From Candidatus Binatia bacterium (GTDB taxonomy: Bacteria; Desulfobacterota; Binatia; HRBIN30), in assembly GCA_038245295.1 (NCBI GenBank), contig JBBRSP010000009.1:64001-128000 (forward strand): 64,000 bases of DNA, in the 5' to 3' direction. Positions 50,397 to 60,685 of this stretch are shown here, piece by piece (within the stretch, counting starts at the first letter, position 1; each line of letters begins with the position of its first letter). A program made the translations under genes and the position numbers. Under the pieces are notes generated by a model, which was not told the origin of the DNA, did no database searches, and saw nothing but the letters and a program-made list of their open reading frames with translations.

Positions 50397-51698
50397 ATGC
50401 CCTCACCTCTCGTACATTCTTGGCACGTGGTTCAGCGCGTCGCCCAGATGACGGCGGCCGGCACACTCACGGCAGCCGTTCTGGTGCGCGAGCGCATCCG
50501 CCTGCGCGGCGAGGAAGGCGCCTGGCTGCGCGCCCTCGGCCGCGCCCTGGTGCGTGGCAGCACACGCCTCGGCGCGACATTCATCAAGGTTGGCCAGATC
50601 GCTTCGACACGCGCCGACTTGTTACCGCGGCCGTTGGTACAGGAGCTGACACGCCTGCAAGATCAAGTTCCCGCCTTTCCGTTCGCGGCGGTGCGCCAGA
50701 TCATCGAGGCCGATTTCGGCCGACCACTGGAGCAGATCTTCCGTGAATTCGACCCAACTCCAGTTGCCGCGGCGTCGGTGGCGCAAGTGCACCGTGCGGT
50801 GCTCGCTGGCGGCGAGGTGGTAGCGGTCAAGGTGCGCCGGCCGGACATCCTGGAGAAGGTTCAGCTCGATCGCGCCATCCTTCTATCGATGGCACGCCTG
50901 CTCGAACGCCTGGTGCCGTCGTTGCAGCTGGTGTCGCTGGAAGCCGCCATGCTCAACTTCTGCTCGGCTGTCGAGCAACAGATCCACCTCGCCAATGAGG
51001 CGGCGCATAACGTGCGTTTCACCGCCAACTTCGCCAACGATCCGGAGATCCACTTTCCGCGGCTGTATCCCGACTATTGCTCCGACGCTGTGCTCACGAT
51101 GGAGTTCATCGATGGTGTGCGCGAAGCCGACATCGAGAGCGCCGGTCTCGACTCGAAGCAGATCGTTCGCGCCGGCATGCGCTGCGTCTGCCGCATGATC
51201 TTCTCACACGGTTTCGTGCACTCCGATCTGCACGCCGGCAACATGCGCTTTCTACCACCCGGCGAGGTCGTGCTTCTCGACCTCGGTCTGGTCGGCGAGC
51301 TCACCGACACGGATCGCGTCATGACCGCACGCACACTGTTCGCCTTCGCCACCGGTGATGGGACAACGGTCGCGCGGTTGTTCTACGAGAACGCACCGCA
51401 CAAACAGGTTCCCGACTACGCGGAGTACGAGATTGAGATGAGCGCGCTGGTGGAAGAAATGCGCGGCAAGAACATGGCCACGACACAGGTCACGATGGAT
51501 GTCGGACGGATCTTCGATCTGCTGCGCCGGCACCGCATCCAAGCACGTGGGCATATGACGATGATCAACCTGGCGTTGATGACCGCTGAAGGCTTGGGGA
51601 AACGACTCGACCCAAACCTGTCTCTGGTCGACGAAGCGTTGCCGTTCCTGGCGGAGGGTATAGGAATTGCGACGGCGTCAGGACAGAGCGCCGCGTAA
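50397..51698 (+). CDS. ABC1/UbiB (AarF) atypical protein kinase
   Basis: LGATFIKVGQIASTRADL, AAASVAQVH, VAVKVRRP, HSDLHAGN, LDLG. Confidence 0.94.
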   Translation: MPSPLVHSWHVVQRVAQMTAAGTLTAAVLVRERIRLRGEEGAWLRALGRALVRGSTRLGATFIKVGQIASTRADLLPRPLVQELTRLQDQVPAFPFAAVRQIIEADFGRPLEQIFREFDPTPVAAASVAQVHRAVLAGGEVVAVKVRRPDILEKVQLDRAILLSMARLLERLVPSLQLVSLEAAMLNFCSAVEQQIHLANEAAHNVRFTANFANDPEIHFPRLYPDYCSDAVLTMEFIDGVREADIESAGLDSKQIVRAGMRCVCRMIFSHGFVHSDLHAGNMRFLPPGEVVLLDLGLVGELTDTDRVMTARTLFAFATGDGTTVARLFYENAPHKQVPDYAEYEIEMSALVEEMRGKNMATTQVTMDVGRIFDLLRRHRIQARGHMTMINLALMTAEGLGKRLDPNLSLVDEALPFLAEGIGIATASGQSAA

Positions 51699-52088
51699 CG
51701 CCGACGCGAGCTCCTGAAGTCGCGCCGGCTCACCAGGGCGGCGAGCATGCAAGACCAACGGTTCGCCATGGGCGCGAGGCATCAAGTGCATGTGGTAGTG
51801 GAAAACAGTTTGGCCGGCCGCGGCCCCGTTCAGTTGAAACACCATGAGGCCGTCCGGGTGGAGAACCTGCTCTATCGCATGAGCGACACGTTTGGCCGTC
51901 GCCGCCACCGGTTGCAGGGCCTCCGGTGTGGCTTCGAAGATGTTGGTAAAGTGCTGGCGCGTAACAACCAGCGTGTGCCCATCGGTGACCGGGAAGATAT
52001 CCATGAAGGCCAACGTCTGCTCGTCTTCGTACACCATTGCCGCCGTTGCTGCCGCGGCGGCGATCTTGCAAAAGATGCAGTCGGTCAT
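51678..52088 (-). CDS. HIT family protein
   Basis: DCIFCKI, AFMDIFP, GHTLVV, AGQTVFHYHMH. Confidence 0.95.
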   Translation of the reverse strand: MTDCIFCKIAAAAATAAMVYEDEQTLAFMDIFPVTDGHTLVVTRQHFTNIFEATPEALQPVAATAKRVAHAIEQVLHPDGLMVFQLNGAAAGQTVFHYHMHLMPRAHGEPLVLHARRPGEPARLQELASALRGALS

Positions 52089-52153
52089 GGTGCGGTCGTC
52101 TATCGAGTGCTGTTCGCAAAGTCGATACGCCGACATCGTTGGAATCCAGACCT

Positions 52154-54700
52154 ATGACCTCTGAGTTGCCGTGGAGAACGATTCCGGTCGAGGTGCTCCT
52201 ACTCGGCGCGGCGCTGATCGGCTGGCTCGGCGTTTCGTTCTGGCAACTGCCGTCTTTACCCCGGCTTGACGACGATGCGATGAAGATCGTGCCATCGGTA
52301 ACCGCGTGGCGGCGTGGTGTTGCCTTTCTAGCCCTGGGAATCGGTGTCGCGATGGCGACTCAAACATTGGCCGCCCCCGACTCGGCGATGGGCGCCTACG
52401 CGACGATGCTTGTTGTGGCATTGGTCGCGCGCCTCGCCACCGGCGCGTCGGCCGACATCCAGATCGATGCCCCGCGTGGCGCCACTGCAGCGTTGCTGCT
52501 CGGGTTCGCCGCCTTGCTGCTGCGTCTGGCGGCGCCGGCGTCGGCGCCATACGGCTTGTCGGCCGATGAAGCCGCGTTGGGGTTGTCCTGCGTGCGTGTT
52601 CTCGAAGGCGCCAGTGTTTGGTTGGTCGGCGAAGTGGCGCACCCGATGTTGCCGTGCGTCGTCATCAGCCCGCTTCTGGCGGTCTTCGGCCCGAGCGTGG
52701 CGGTGATCCATAACGTCAGTGTCGTTGCAGGGGCGCTCAGCGTGGTCGCCTTCTACTTCCTGGCGGCGCAACTGCTGGCGCCGGCCACGGCCTTGGTCGC
52801 CACGGCGCTGCTCGTGGTATCGCCGTATCACCTGCTCTACAGCCGCGTCGCCTTCGGCGCCGAGATCCTGCTGACGGAGATTCTCCTCTTGGCCTTTGCG
52901 ATCGACGCGGCGCGCCGCCTGCGTTGGCTCTCGGCGGCGCTCGCCGGCGCCAGCCTTGGCGTCCTCCTGCACCAGTACGTGGCGGTGCGCGCGATGCCAC
53001 TCGTGTTGATCGCGATCTTCGCCGCGGCGCAGCTCGAGCAGCGCCGTTCGCTCGCGCGCCGTATCGGCGTCGGCATGGTCATCATCAGCGTCGCACTAAT
53101 GGTTCTGCTACCGCTGCTGTTGCGCGCCGACGGGCGTGCCTTTCTGTTTCAACCTGTGGCGCTCAAGATCCTGCGCGTCGGTGCGGCGAATCCGTGGTGG
53201 CAGGACCTGTGGGCGACGTTCGCCGGACACCTCAAACAGTTCGACTGGTCGGGGAAGGGATCGGAAGGTGCCCTCTCGCACTGGATCATCGCGCGCCTGC
53301 CCGTCGGACTCGAGTTGTTGCTGATGTTCGGAATTGCCGACGCGGTGTGGCGCGCCGGCCGCTTCACATCGTCGTTCCTCGTCGCCGCGTTTGTCCTGGC
53401 ACCCTTGCCGGGGATCCTTGCCAAGGCGCCCAATTCACACCGCTCCATGATGGTCTTGCCGATTCTCTATCTCGTCATGGGCAGCGGCCTGGAGCGGATG
53501 CTGAGTTGGTTACCGAGTCGACGCGGCAGCGCTAGGGGCGCACAGCTTTTGCTGCTTGGCATCGTCCTGCTGGCCGCCGTCTGGGGGGTCCGCACGTACT
53601 TTGTCGATGCCTGGCAAAACGACGATGACGTGCGCGAGTTTGGCGGATTCAGCACAACCTTGGTCAACGAAGTGCAGCGCCTCAACAGCCGCGGTGAGGC
53701 AATGGTGACGAGCGTTGATCGAGCCATGGTCTTCGGCAATCTTGACGCCCTTCGCTCTGGCAGTCTGGGGCTATTCTCGTATGCACGCTGGTTGCCGGAG
53801 AACGGCCGCGACGTGCCGACGTATGCGATCTTCGACCACAGCTGGATCGATCTGGCGTCGCGTCTGCGCGACGCGGTTGGCGCCGGCGCCCTGCGCCCAC
53901 TCGTGTCGGTCAACGGCGCGGCGATCGGCGCCTCGTGGAGTTTATCGATCGAGGACCTGCGAGGCTTGCGGCTGTCGGACAGCGCAGCCACTCATTGTGG
54001 CGCATTGATGTTGAAGCAGCCACGACGCATCGTCCAGTGGAATACCGGCGAGGCACGTATCGACGGCATCGACGTCGGAGCACTGACGCCCGAGCAGCAA
54101 CCATGGTTCTCCGCCGGACTACACGAAGCCTGCATCGAGACCACGATCGACGCCGTGACCCGGTTGCCGGACGGGAGCGAAGAGCGGTTTCAACGCGCCG
54201 CCGCCGATCTTTATCGAATCGCCGTCCACGGCTGGCTGCATCGGATCGAATGCGTCGACGAGCACACGACCCTCTACCTGGCGGTCGAGCCATTCCTGTT
54301 CGGCACCGCCGAGACCCTGCCGTTCACCGACAAGTGCCTCAGCTTCGAACACACCTGGTGGGCCCAGCTCGCCCCGGATGAACTATCGGGCGACCTGAGC
54401 GTGGTGTCGCTGTCGCGCGATCGCGACGTCGTGCTCGGAGACCAGGTACTCGAGCCAATCGAGACCGTTGACGGGGCAACGCGCTATCGAGTGCCGGAGT
54501 TACGTCGACCGACGCCAATACGCATCCGCATCCGCCGACCAGCGACGGAAGAGTACAGCATCATGCTGGGGATGATTCGTGGGAAGCAAAACGCGTTGGT
54601 TCCGCGTTACGAAGCCTTCACGCCGGATCTAGCGCGCCCCCACGTGGGTAACGCGGAGGTCAGATGGGCGCAGCTGACGGACGGACGCTACGCCTTCTGA
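52154..54700 (+). CDS. GT-C fold membrane glycosyltransferase (PMT/ArnT-like) with periplasmic C-terminal domain
   Basis: GLSADEA loop, SPYHLLYSRVA, many TM helices, long soluble C-terminus. Confidence 0.72.
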   Translation: MTSELPWRTIPVEVLLLGAALIGWLGVSFWQLPSLPRLDDDAMKIVPSVTAWRRGVAFLALGIGVAMATQTLAAPDSAMGAYATMLVVALVARLATGASADIQIDAPRGATAALLLGFAALLLRLAAPASAPYGLSADEAALGLSCVRVLEGASVWLVGEVAHPMLPCVVISPLLAVFGPSVAVIHNVSVVAGALSVVAFYFLAAQLLAPATALVATALLVVSPYHLLYSRVAFGAEILLTEILLLAFAIDAARRLRWLSAALAGASLGVLLHQYVAVRAMPLVLIAIFAAAQLEQRRSLARRIGVGMVIISVALMVLLPLLLRADGRAFLFQPVALKILRVGAANPWWQDLWATFAGHLKQFDWSGKGSEGALSHWIIARLPVGLELLLMFGIADAVWRAGRFTSSFLVAAFVLAPLPGILAKAPNSHRSMMVLPILYLVMGSGLERMLSWLPSRRGSARGAQLLLLGIVLLAAVWGVRTYFVDAWQNDDDVREFGGFSTTLVNEVQRLNSRGEAMVTSVDRAMVFGNLDALRSGSLGLFSYARWLPENGRDVPTYAIFDHSWIDLASRLRDAVGAGALRPLVSVNGAAIGASWSLSIEDLRGLRLSDSAATHCGALMLKQPRRIVQWNTGEARIDGIDVGALTPEQQPWFSAGLHEACIETTIDAVTRLPDGSEERFQRAAADLYRIAVHGWLHRIECVDEHTTLYLAVEPFLFGTAETLPFTDKCLSFEHTWWAQLAPDELSGDLSVVSLSRDRDVVLGDQVLEPIETVDGATRYRVPELRRPTPIRIRIRRPATEEYSIMLGMIRGKQNALVPRYEAFTPDLARPHVGNAEVRWAQLTDGRYAF

Positions 54701-54733
54701 GCCCGACGCGACAACCCGGGGAGTTTCGATATC

Positions 54734-57592
54734 CTACTTGGGAGAACTGCCAGGCGAACAACCGGACTGAGCATGACGAACGGCCGCGACGATCTCCTCG
54801 AGGGTCAGCGAGCCGTCGAGGTTCGTATCCGCCGCCGGACAGCGCGATAGCGGCGCTGCACCGAAGCCTATCCGCACACAACGCAGGACTTCGTCGATCT
54901 CCACCTCGCCCGAGCCGTCGCAATCACCACCGCAAACACTGCCGCCAATCTCGATCGCCCCGTCCTCGGTAATCGCCGTGCGCAACTCGGCCTTGTCGGT
55001 GCTCAGATGCGCCCGCTGTAAGACGACCGGATAGACGCCCGGAGAGAACGTTGGCGGAATTGGAACGCGACAGTGGAACAGCAGCGATCCAGTGGCGATC
55101 GGCGCCGTATTGTCGACCGCAACCACGACGGCACGCACGCCAGTGCAATTCGTGCCCGGCCGGCAACCAACCGGTTGGAAGGCAAAGGTGGTCTGCGGCT
55201 TGTTGATCGCCGGTTCGACCGTGCAGTCGGGACGTCCACCAGCCGCCGTGCCGATTGGCAGCCGTGGGTCGAACGCCACGTCGACTTCAACACCCACGGT
55301 CGACTCGGCCCCGGCCTCGAAGCGTAGCGAGAGGAGCGCATTCAGCTGGCCGGGCACCAACTCGGTTTCGACGCGCAAGCGCCCCGGCACGGGAGTTTGC
55401 GTTACCGTGCGGGTCGGCGTCGAGGTGCGTGTGGCGGTGCGCGTGCGTGTCGGGACGCGTGTCCACGTCGATGTCGGCGTCTCGGTGACCGTGTGAGTCG
55501 GCAGCGGCGCCCCGTCATCCTCGCACCCGCCTGCCACGTCGGCGACCACCAGGGGACTGAAGTATTGCAGTTCCGGCACGTCGATCCGCTTCAACAGGAC
55601 GCCGTTTTGATCCGTCACCACCACCTGCTCCTGGTTCGCGAAATACACCCGTCCATCCCGCGTCACCGTTCGCGGCTCCAGCGCCCCGGGTAGCGTGTTC
55701 AAAACCTCGCCAGTACGGGCGTCCAGGGCCAGCACATCGTTGCCGTCGTTCACCAACAGCCGGTCACCCGAAGGGGACAACGCGCCGAGAGCCCAAGGAT
55801 ACCGGCTGTTGCGGGCGCGGTCCCAGACAACGGCGCCCGTGGCGAGCTCGACGCAACCAATGTGCCCGTCGCCGAGGGTTCCGTAGAGATAGCGGGCGTC
55901 CGGGGAAATCGTGCTCAGCACGTAGGAAAACGGGATTTTCCCGGAGCCGATCACGGCGCCGTCACTACCGCGGTATTTCGACCATTCGATGCGCGACTCT
56001 TCGCCGAAATTCCACACGACGACCGCGTCGACGTCGGCGGCATAAAGAGCGAAGGCTCCTGCAGGCAGCTGATATTGCAGCGCCAGTGTGTCGCTATCGA
56101 ACACCCGTACCGAATCGTTGCCGATCGTGGCGACACGTTCTGCGCCGAGCAGCAAGAGGCCGCGGGCACCGCGTGCGGCAACTTCGTAGGTGCCGACACC
56201 GTTGGTCAAATCGGTGCGCGACAACTCGGAGGCACTGCCAAGAATGTACGCGCTTTGCTTTTGCGGCACGATCACGAACGAGCCGGTGGATCGCTCGGAG
56301 CGCCAGGCGACGCGGCCGGTTCCCTGATTGATGGCCACCAATCCGGACTCCGTGAGAGCATACAAACATTCCTCGACAGGCCGTTGCACAACGGGCGTCG
56401 GCGTTGGCGTGCGCCAGAGGGGGGGACGGGGCAAGGCCACGAGCTGGGCTCCGAGACCACGGCTCGGGAGAACGGACACAACGCGGCTGCGACGATCGAA
56501 CAGCGCTAGCTGCGATTGATCCACCAACGTCGCATACGCATGGGCCCCATCGGGACTGATCGCAACATCGACGGCGCGGGCCGGCAGTGTTGCAGCACCG
56601 ATGGGATCAAGGTTCGGCATCGCCACCTCGAGCAACTGATTGCCGGCTGCCACCAGCGACCAATCACCGGCCGGGCCATAGGCGACGGCATCGGCCGTGG
56701 CGAAATCACGCGACGCGACGCGAGTAAGCGTAGCGCGCTCGAATGTCGTCAGTCGCATGGGGAGGCGATTCCAACGAACGCCGCTCGTCACCGTCAATCC
56801 GCTACCCTGTGGACCTAGGTCGACGGCAGTCGGTGGCAGCAACTCGAGCGGCACGGTCGTCGCCGACTGCCCAGCCAATGGCCTACGAGACAGCGAGGCC
56901 GCGGCTCGACAACCAAGGCTATTGCAGGTGTCCCAGGTATAACTCGCCGCGAACAAGGCCTCGGAATCGGCGACGAGCGGCGCGAGGGTGAAGCGGCTTC
57001 CGATTGCCGGCAGTCCGAGAGTGCCGGTCAACGCGCCGCTGGCGAGATCGTGCCGTTCGATGGCCGTGGAGGTAACGATGACGAGGGAGCCTTCGTCCGG
57101 AACAACCGCCGTTAGCGTCGACGAAGCGCCGACGACGAGGAACGGGCCAAGCTGCATCGCGGACGGGTCGAGAACCTGGACGCCGCCCGACTCCGCAACC
57201 ACGAGTCGGCCATCGACCAGGGGGAACAACCGTGTCGGCGTTGAGTACGTATGCAGTGTCGCTACCGTCGAGCCGTTGGTGGGATCGACGACGCTGACGA
57301 ACTGCAGCGGCGGATGCGCCACGTACACAAACTCGTCTCCCGGCCCGGTATCGAGCGTGTGATCAGGGACGAACGTCGGCACGGGCGTCAGCGACGCCGT
57401 GGGTGTTGGGCTTGACGGGAAGCAGGTTGGCGGCGCAGTAACGCTCAGATGGGTGAACGGATTTGAGAACTGCAGCGAATGGCCCGGCGGACACAACTCG
57501 TCGGCCGATCCGACCTCTGGAGCGGCAAAGGTCAACGCAAGACCCCACATCGCGCTCGATAGAACTCGCCAGCAGCAGGTAGACTTCCGCAT
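54734..57592 (-). CDS. Secreted protein: two beta-propeller regions, PT linkers, cohesin-like domain and dockerin-like module
   Basis: SPDGAHAY/SPDARYLY blades. VGVEVDVAFDP...GSLLFHCRVPI...PGVYPV...DGAIEI. CGGDCDGSGEVEIDEV...ADTNLDG. Confidence 0.8.
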   Translation of the reverse strand: MRKSTCCWRVLSSAMWGLALTFAAPEVGSADELCPPGHSLQFSNPFTHLSVTAPPTCFPSSPTPTASLTPVPTFVPDHTLDTGPGDEFVYVAHPPLQFVSVVDPTNGSTVATLHTYSTPTRLFPLVDGRLVVAESGGVQVLDPSAMQLGPFLVVGASSTLTAVVPDEGSLVIVTSTAIERHDLASGALTGTLGLPAIGSRFTLAPLVADSEALFAASYTWDTCNSLGCRAAASLSRRPLAGQSATTVPLELLPPTAVDLGPQGSGLTVTSGVRWNRLPMRLTTFERATLTRVASRDFATADAVAYGPAGDWSLVAAGNQLLEVAMPNLDPIGAATLPARAVDVAISPDGAHAYATLVDQSQLALFDRRSRVVSVLPSRGLGAQLVALPRPPLWRTPTPTPVVQRPVEECLYALTESGLVAINQGTGRVAWRSERSTGSFVIVPQKQSAYILGSASELSRTDLTNGVGTYEVAARGARGLLLLGAERVATIGNDSVRVFDSDTLALQYQLPAGAFALYAADVDAVVVWNFGEESRIEWSKYRGSDGAVIGSGKIPFSYVLSTISPDARYLYGTLGDGHIGCVELATGAVVWDRARNSRYPWALGALSPSGDRLLVNDGNDVLALDARTGEVLNTLPGALEPRTVTRDGRVYFANQEQVVVTDQNGVLLKRIDVPELQYFSPLVVADVAGGCEDDGAPLPTHTVTETPTSTWTRVPTRTRTATRTSTPTRTVTQTPVPGRLRVETELVPGQLNALLSLRFEAGAESTVGVEVDVAFDPRLPIGTAAGGRPDCTVEPAINKPQTTFAFQPVGCRPGTNCTGVRAVVVAVDNTAPIATGSLLFHCRVPIPPTFSPGVYPVVLQRAHLSTDKAELRTAITEDGAIEIGGSVCGGDCDGSGEVEIDEVLRCVRIGFGAAPLSRCPAADTNLDGSLTLEEIVAAVRHAQSGCSPGSSPK

Positions 57593-57757
57593 TGCTGCCC
57601 CCTTTGCACAACGCCAGAACTGCCGGGCAACATACGGCGCTACGAGCGTGGAAGCAATGAAATTGCGCTGCCTTGAAGCGATCGGAAAGACCGTCGGCGC
57701 CACGAAGTGGTTGCCGTGCTGATGCATTTCAAAGATAACCGTCGCGGGAGTGTACCG

Positions 57758-59245
57758 ATGTCCAACGTTGATTCTTTCATCGTCGCCAAGGGTGAGCACG
57801 AGCTCAGCCTGCTCACCAAGATGGCCAATCGTCACGGGCTGATCGCCGGCGCAACCGGCACCGGGAAGACGGTGACGCTGCGGGTGCTGGCCGAGCAGTT
57901 CAGTAAGATGGGCGTGCCGGTATTCATGGCCGACGTGAAGGGCGACCTCGCTGGGCTGTGCAAGCTGGGTGGCGACAACCCCAAGGTGAGTGAGCGGGCC
58001 AAGCAGTTGGGCATCACCGACTTCGCACCGGAATCCTTCCCGGTGGTGTTCTGGGACGTCTTCGGCGAGCAGGGCCATCCGGTGCGCGCCACGGTTTCGG
58101 AGATGGGCCCGCTGCTGTTGTCGCGCCTGCTCAATCTCAACGACACACAGGCCGGCCTGCTCAATCTGGTTTTCAAAGTCGCCGACGACAGCGGCATGTT
58201 GTTGCTCGATCTCAAAGATCTGCGCGCCATGCTGGAGCACGTCGGCGACAACGCGGCGCAGTACAAGACACAGTATGGCAACGTCTCCGCCGCCAGCATC
58301 GGCGCCATCCAGCGCGGCTTGCTGACCATCGAGACGCAGGGCGGTGACAAGTTCTTCGGTGAGCCGGCGCTCGATCTCGCCGACCTCATTCAGACCGGCG
58401 ATGGCGGCAAGGGTGTCGTCAACATCCTGTGCGCCGACAAGCTGCTGCAGTCGCCGACACTGTACGCCGTGTTCTTGCTGTGGATGTTGTCCGAGCTCTT
58501 CGAGTTTCTCCCCGAGGTCGGCGATCCGGAGAAGCCGAAGATCGTCTTCTTCTTCGACGAGGCCCATCTGCTGTTCACCGACGCGCCGAAGGCATTGGAG
58601 GACAAGATCGTCCAAGTCGTGCGCCTGATTCGTTCCAAGGGTGTCGGTGTCTACTTCGTGACCCAGAATCCACTCGACATTCCGGATACGGTGCTCGGCC
58701 AACTCGGCAATCGGGTCCAGCATGCCCTGCGGGCGTTCACGCCGCGTGATCAGAAGGCAGTCAAGGCAGCGGCAACGACGTTCCGCAGCAATCCCAAGCT
58801 CAATGTCGAGCAGGTGATCACCGAGCTGGCGGTTGGTGAGGCGCTGGTGTCGCTGCTCGATGACAAGGGCTCGCCTGCGATCGTCGAGCGCGCCTGGGTT
58901 TATCCACCGCACAGTCAGTTGGCGGCATTGAGCCCACAAGATCGACAGGCCGTGGTGCAGAAGTCGGTGCTGTTCGGCCACTACGAGAAGACGGTTGATC
59001 GCGAGTCGGCCTACGAACGACTCAAGTCGGCGGCGCAGCGTTCGGATGCGCAACCGCAAGCGTCAACACAGGCGCCGAGTGCGCCGAGTCGCAGCGCCGA
59101 AGTTGCCGGCGAGGTGGCCGGTGTCGTCGGGGCAATGGCCAAGAGCGCCGCGCGCGCCATGGGCACACAGCTCGGCCGCCAGATCATCCGCGGCGTCCTC
59201 GGGTCAATCCTTGGCGGCGTCGCCGTATCGCGGCGACGATACTGA
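57758..59245 (+). CDS. HerA-like ATPase (DUF853/YjgR family)
   Basis: [47 protein letters not shown]. Confidence 0.95.
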   Translation: MSNVDSFIVAKGEHELSLLTKMANRHGLIAGATGTGKTVTLRVLAEQFSKMGVPVFMADVKGDLAGLCKLGGDNPKVSERAKQLGITDFAPESFPVVFWDVFGEQGHPVRATVSEMGPLLLSRLLNLNDTQAGLLNLVFKVADDSGMLLLDLKDLRAMLEHVGDNAAQYKTQYGNVSAASIGAIQRGLLTIETQGGDKFFGEPALDLADLIQTGDGGKGVVNILCADKLLQSPTLYAVFLLWMLSELFEFLPEVGDPEKPKIVFFFDEAHLLFTDAPKALEDKIVQVVRLIRSKGVGVYFVTQNPLDIPDTVLGQLGNRVQHALRAFTPRDQKAVKAAATTFRSNPKLNVEQVITELAVGEALVSLLDDKGSPAIVERAWVYPPHSQLAALSPQDRQAVVQKSVLFGHYEKTVDRESAYERLKSAAQRSDAQPQASTQAPSAPSRSAEVAGEVAGVVGAMAKSAARAMGTQLGRQIIRGVLGSILGGVAVSRRRY

Positions 59246-59371
59246 AACTTCCGGCGTCACCTACGACCCCCAAGGTGGACTCATCGGCGGACAACTGCAC
59301 GGGTATGGCCGATAGAACCAAGGTTCGATCGACCATCTGAGCGGCCAACCTGCCGCCCCAGACGTCGACGG

Positions 59372-59401
59372 TTGACCATAGATAACAGATTGCACTACGG
59401 T
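59372..59401 (+). promoter_or_regulatory. Possible sigma70 promoter for a near-leaderless antitoxin mRNA
   Basis: TTGACC-N18-TACGGT ending 8 bp before ATG 59410. Confidence 0.35.
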
Positions 59402-59409
59402 GATAAAAA

Positions 59410-59652
59410 ATGATTCGCACACAGATCTCCTTGGACGAAGAGGCGTACCGTGAAGCCAAGCGCGAGGCGCGGGAACAGGGCATCTCCCTGGCGGAGTTTC
59501 TACGTCGGTTGGTTGCTGGCGGCATTCGCCACCGCCGCGCCAAGGATCGGCCGTGGATGCATCATGCCGGGGTGCTGGCGTCTGGTGACCCTGATGCCAG
59601 CGAGAGCGTCGATGCGGTCGTCTTAGTCGCCCAGCCAACGCGAGGCGCATGA
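59410..59652 (+). CDS. CopG/RHH antitoxin-like protein (VapB-like), no intact toxin
   Basis: MIRTQISLDEE...REQGISLAEFLRR, then G..SGDPDASESVD. Confidence 0.78.
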   Translation: MIRTQISLDEEAYREAKREAREQGISLAEFLRRLVAGGIRHRRAKDRPWMHHAGVLASGDPDASESVDAVVLVAQPTRGA

Positions 59653-59883
59653 TCCGGGATGTTGGTCGTTGGGCGGGCGTCTCACTTCGCGTCTTGACGG
59701 CGTGGCGGAGCAGCGCAGAATCCACGGCGATGGCAAACGCCGGTTACTCGACCAGGAGAGTCTGCGTGGCGCAGAAGAGTGGCTGCAGACAACGCAGTCT
59801 GCCCCTTGCCCGTCGGCCACAGGCGGCAACCTCGACATCGATCCAAGGGCGACGTGGCGAAGCAGCGATTCGGATCAATCGGC

Positions 59884-60129
59884 CTCGCCGTGGCGAGGCA
59901 GCACTTGGGCTCGCTTGATAAGATAACGCGCATCGTCCGGCTCGGCGTGTCGGTCGCCACCGTAGGAGATGTTCGTGATCAGCCCAAAATCGCCGATGCC
60001 GCCTCGGAGTTGCTCCAAGATATTTTCGGAAAGGACAAGAGCCCATGCCGTCTGGTGTATGGCGTCGCCAGCCTTCCCCTCGGCACGCCGGTCGAGTTGG
60101 AAATCATTTTCGAAGTGGCGTCGTCGTGA
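59884..60129 (+). pseudogene. C-terminal half of a RidA/YjgF-family protein
   Basis: LGSLDKITRIVRL, QPKIADAASELL.DIFG, GVASLPLGTPVELE. N-terminal half absent. Confidence 0.8.
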
Positions 60130-60310
60130 GCGCAGCCAAAAGGCGGCGTTCTTAGAACTTCCTCACGTCTCGTGGCGCTACCGCGCTTCGTCGCGCACCA
60201 GCGGCGAGACGCCATGAGCGCTGAAGATCAGCAAGCTAGTCCGGCGATCCGAGCCCGATCAGCGGCCTCACCCTCCGGCCACGATTCTATCCTAAAGGAT
60301 TGCCACCCGT

Positions 60311-60326
60311 GTCTCACATGTGAGAC
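60311..60326. promoter_or_regulatory. Perfect 16-bp palindrome, candidate TA operator
   Basis: GTCTCACATGTGAGAC, 10 bp upstream of the mini-ORF/HTH pair. Confidence 0.6.
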
Positions 60327-60335
60327 GCCCACGTG

Positions 60336-60383
60336 ATGATTGTGATTGTTGGGCCGTGCTACTTGAGAGAGGTTCAACGATGA
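60336..60383 (+). pseudogene. Collapsed HigB/RelE-like toxin remnant (15 codons)
   Basis: MIVIVGPCYLREVQR*, stop overlaps the HTH gene start (ATGA). Confidence 0.45.
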
Positions 60384-60685
60384 AGCACACATCTGCAGCA
60401 CGCAGCGCCGCCCAGCTTGGCCTGCCGAAGAGTCGTGGCATGGAAGCCGTGCTCAAAGCACAGCTGATTGCCGCCGTCTCTCGCGAAGTTGAGCTCCAAC
60501 AGCTGACACACGCGGAGGTGGCGAGCCGAGCCGGCATCGCACGCACCGCCGTGACTGGGATTCTGTCTGGCAGCATGCAGAAGGTGACGATCGATCGGGT
60601 ACTACGTACTGTTCGGCGCAGGTACGGTGACGTATCCGCAACCGCCCTCCGCAGTCTAAAGCCTGCGCCTACCGGTCCGCTTTAG
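60380..60685 (+). pseudogene. XRE/HigA-like HTH antitoxin, 3' end probably truncated and reading into a REP
   Basis: LKAQLI...LTHAEVASRAGIARTAVTGILSG...VTIDRVLR. Tail RSLKPAPT is a REP translation. Confidence 0.7.

Noticed and set aside
57593..59059. N-terminal 489 aa of the 1441-aa ORF
   Set aside because: Antisense shadow of the DUF853 ATPase. The real gene starts near 57592 with a signal-like sequence.
59256..59790. Possible DUF2283-like (VTYDP.KVD) and ArsR-like (LDQESLRGAEEWL) micro-fragments
   Set aside because: Matches are too short to support without a database search.
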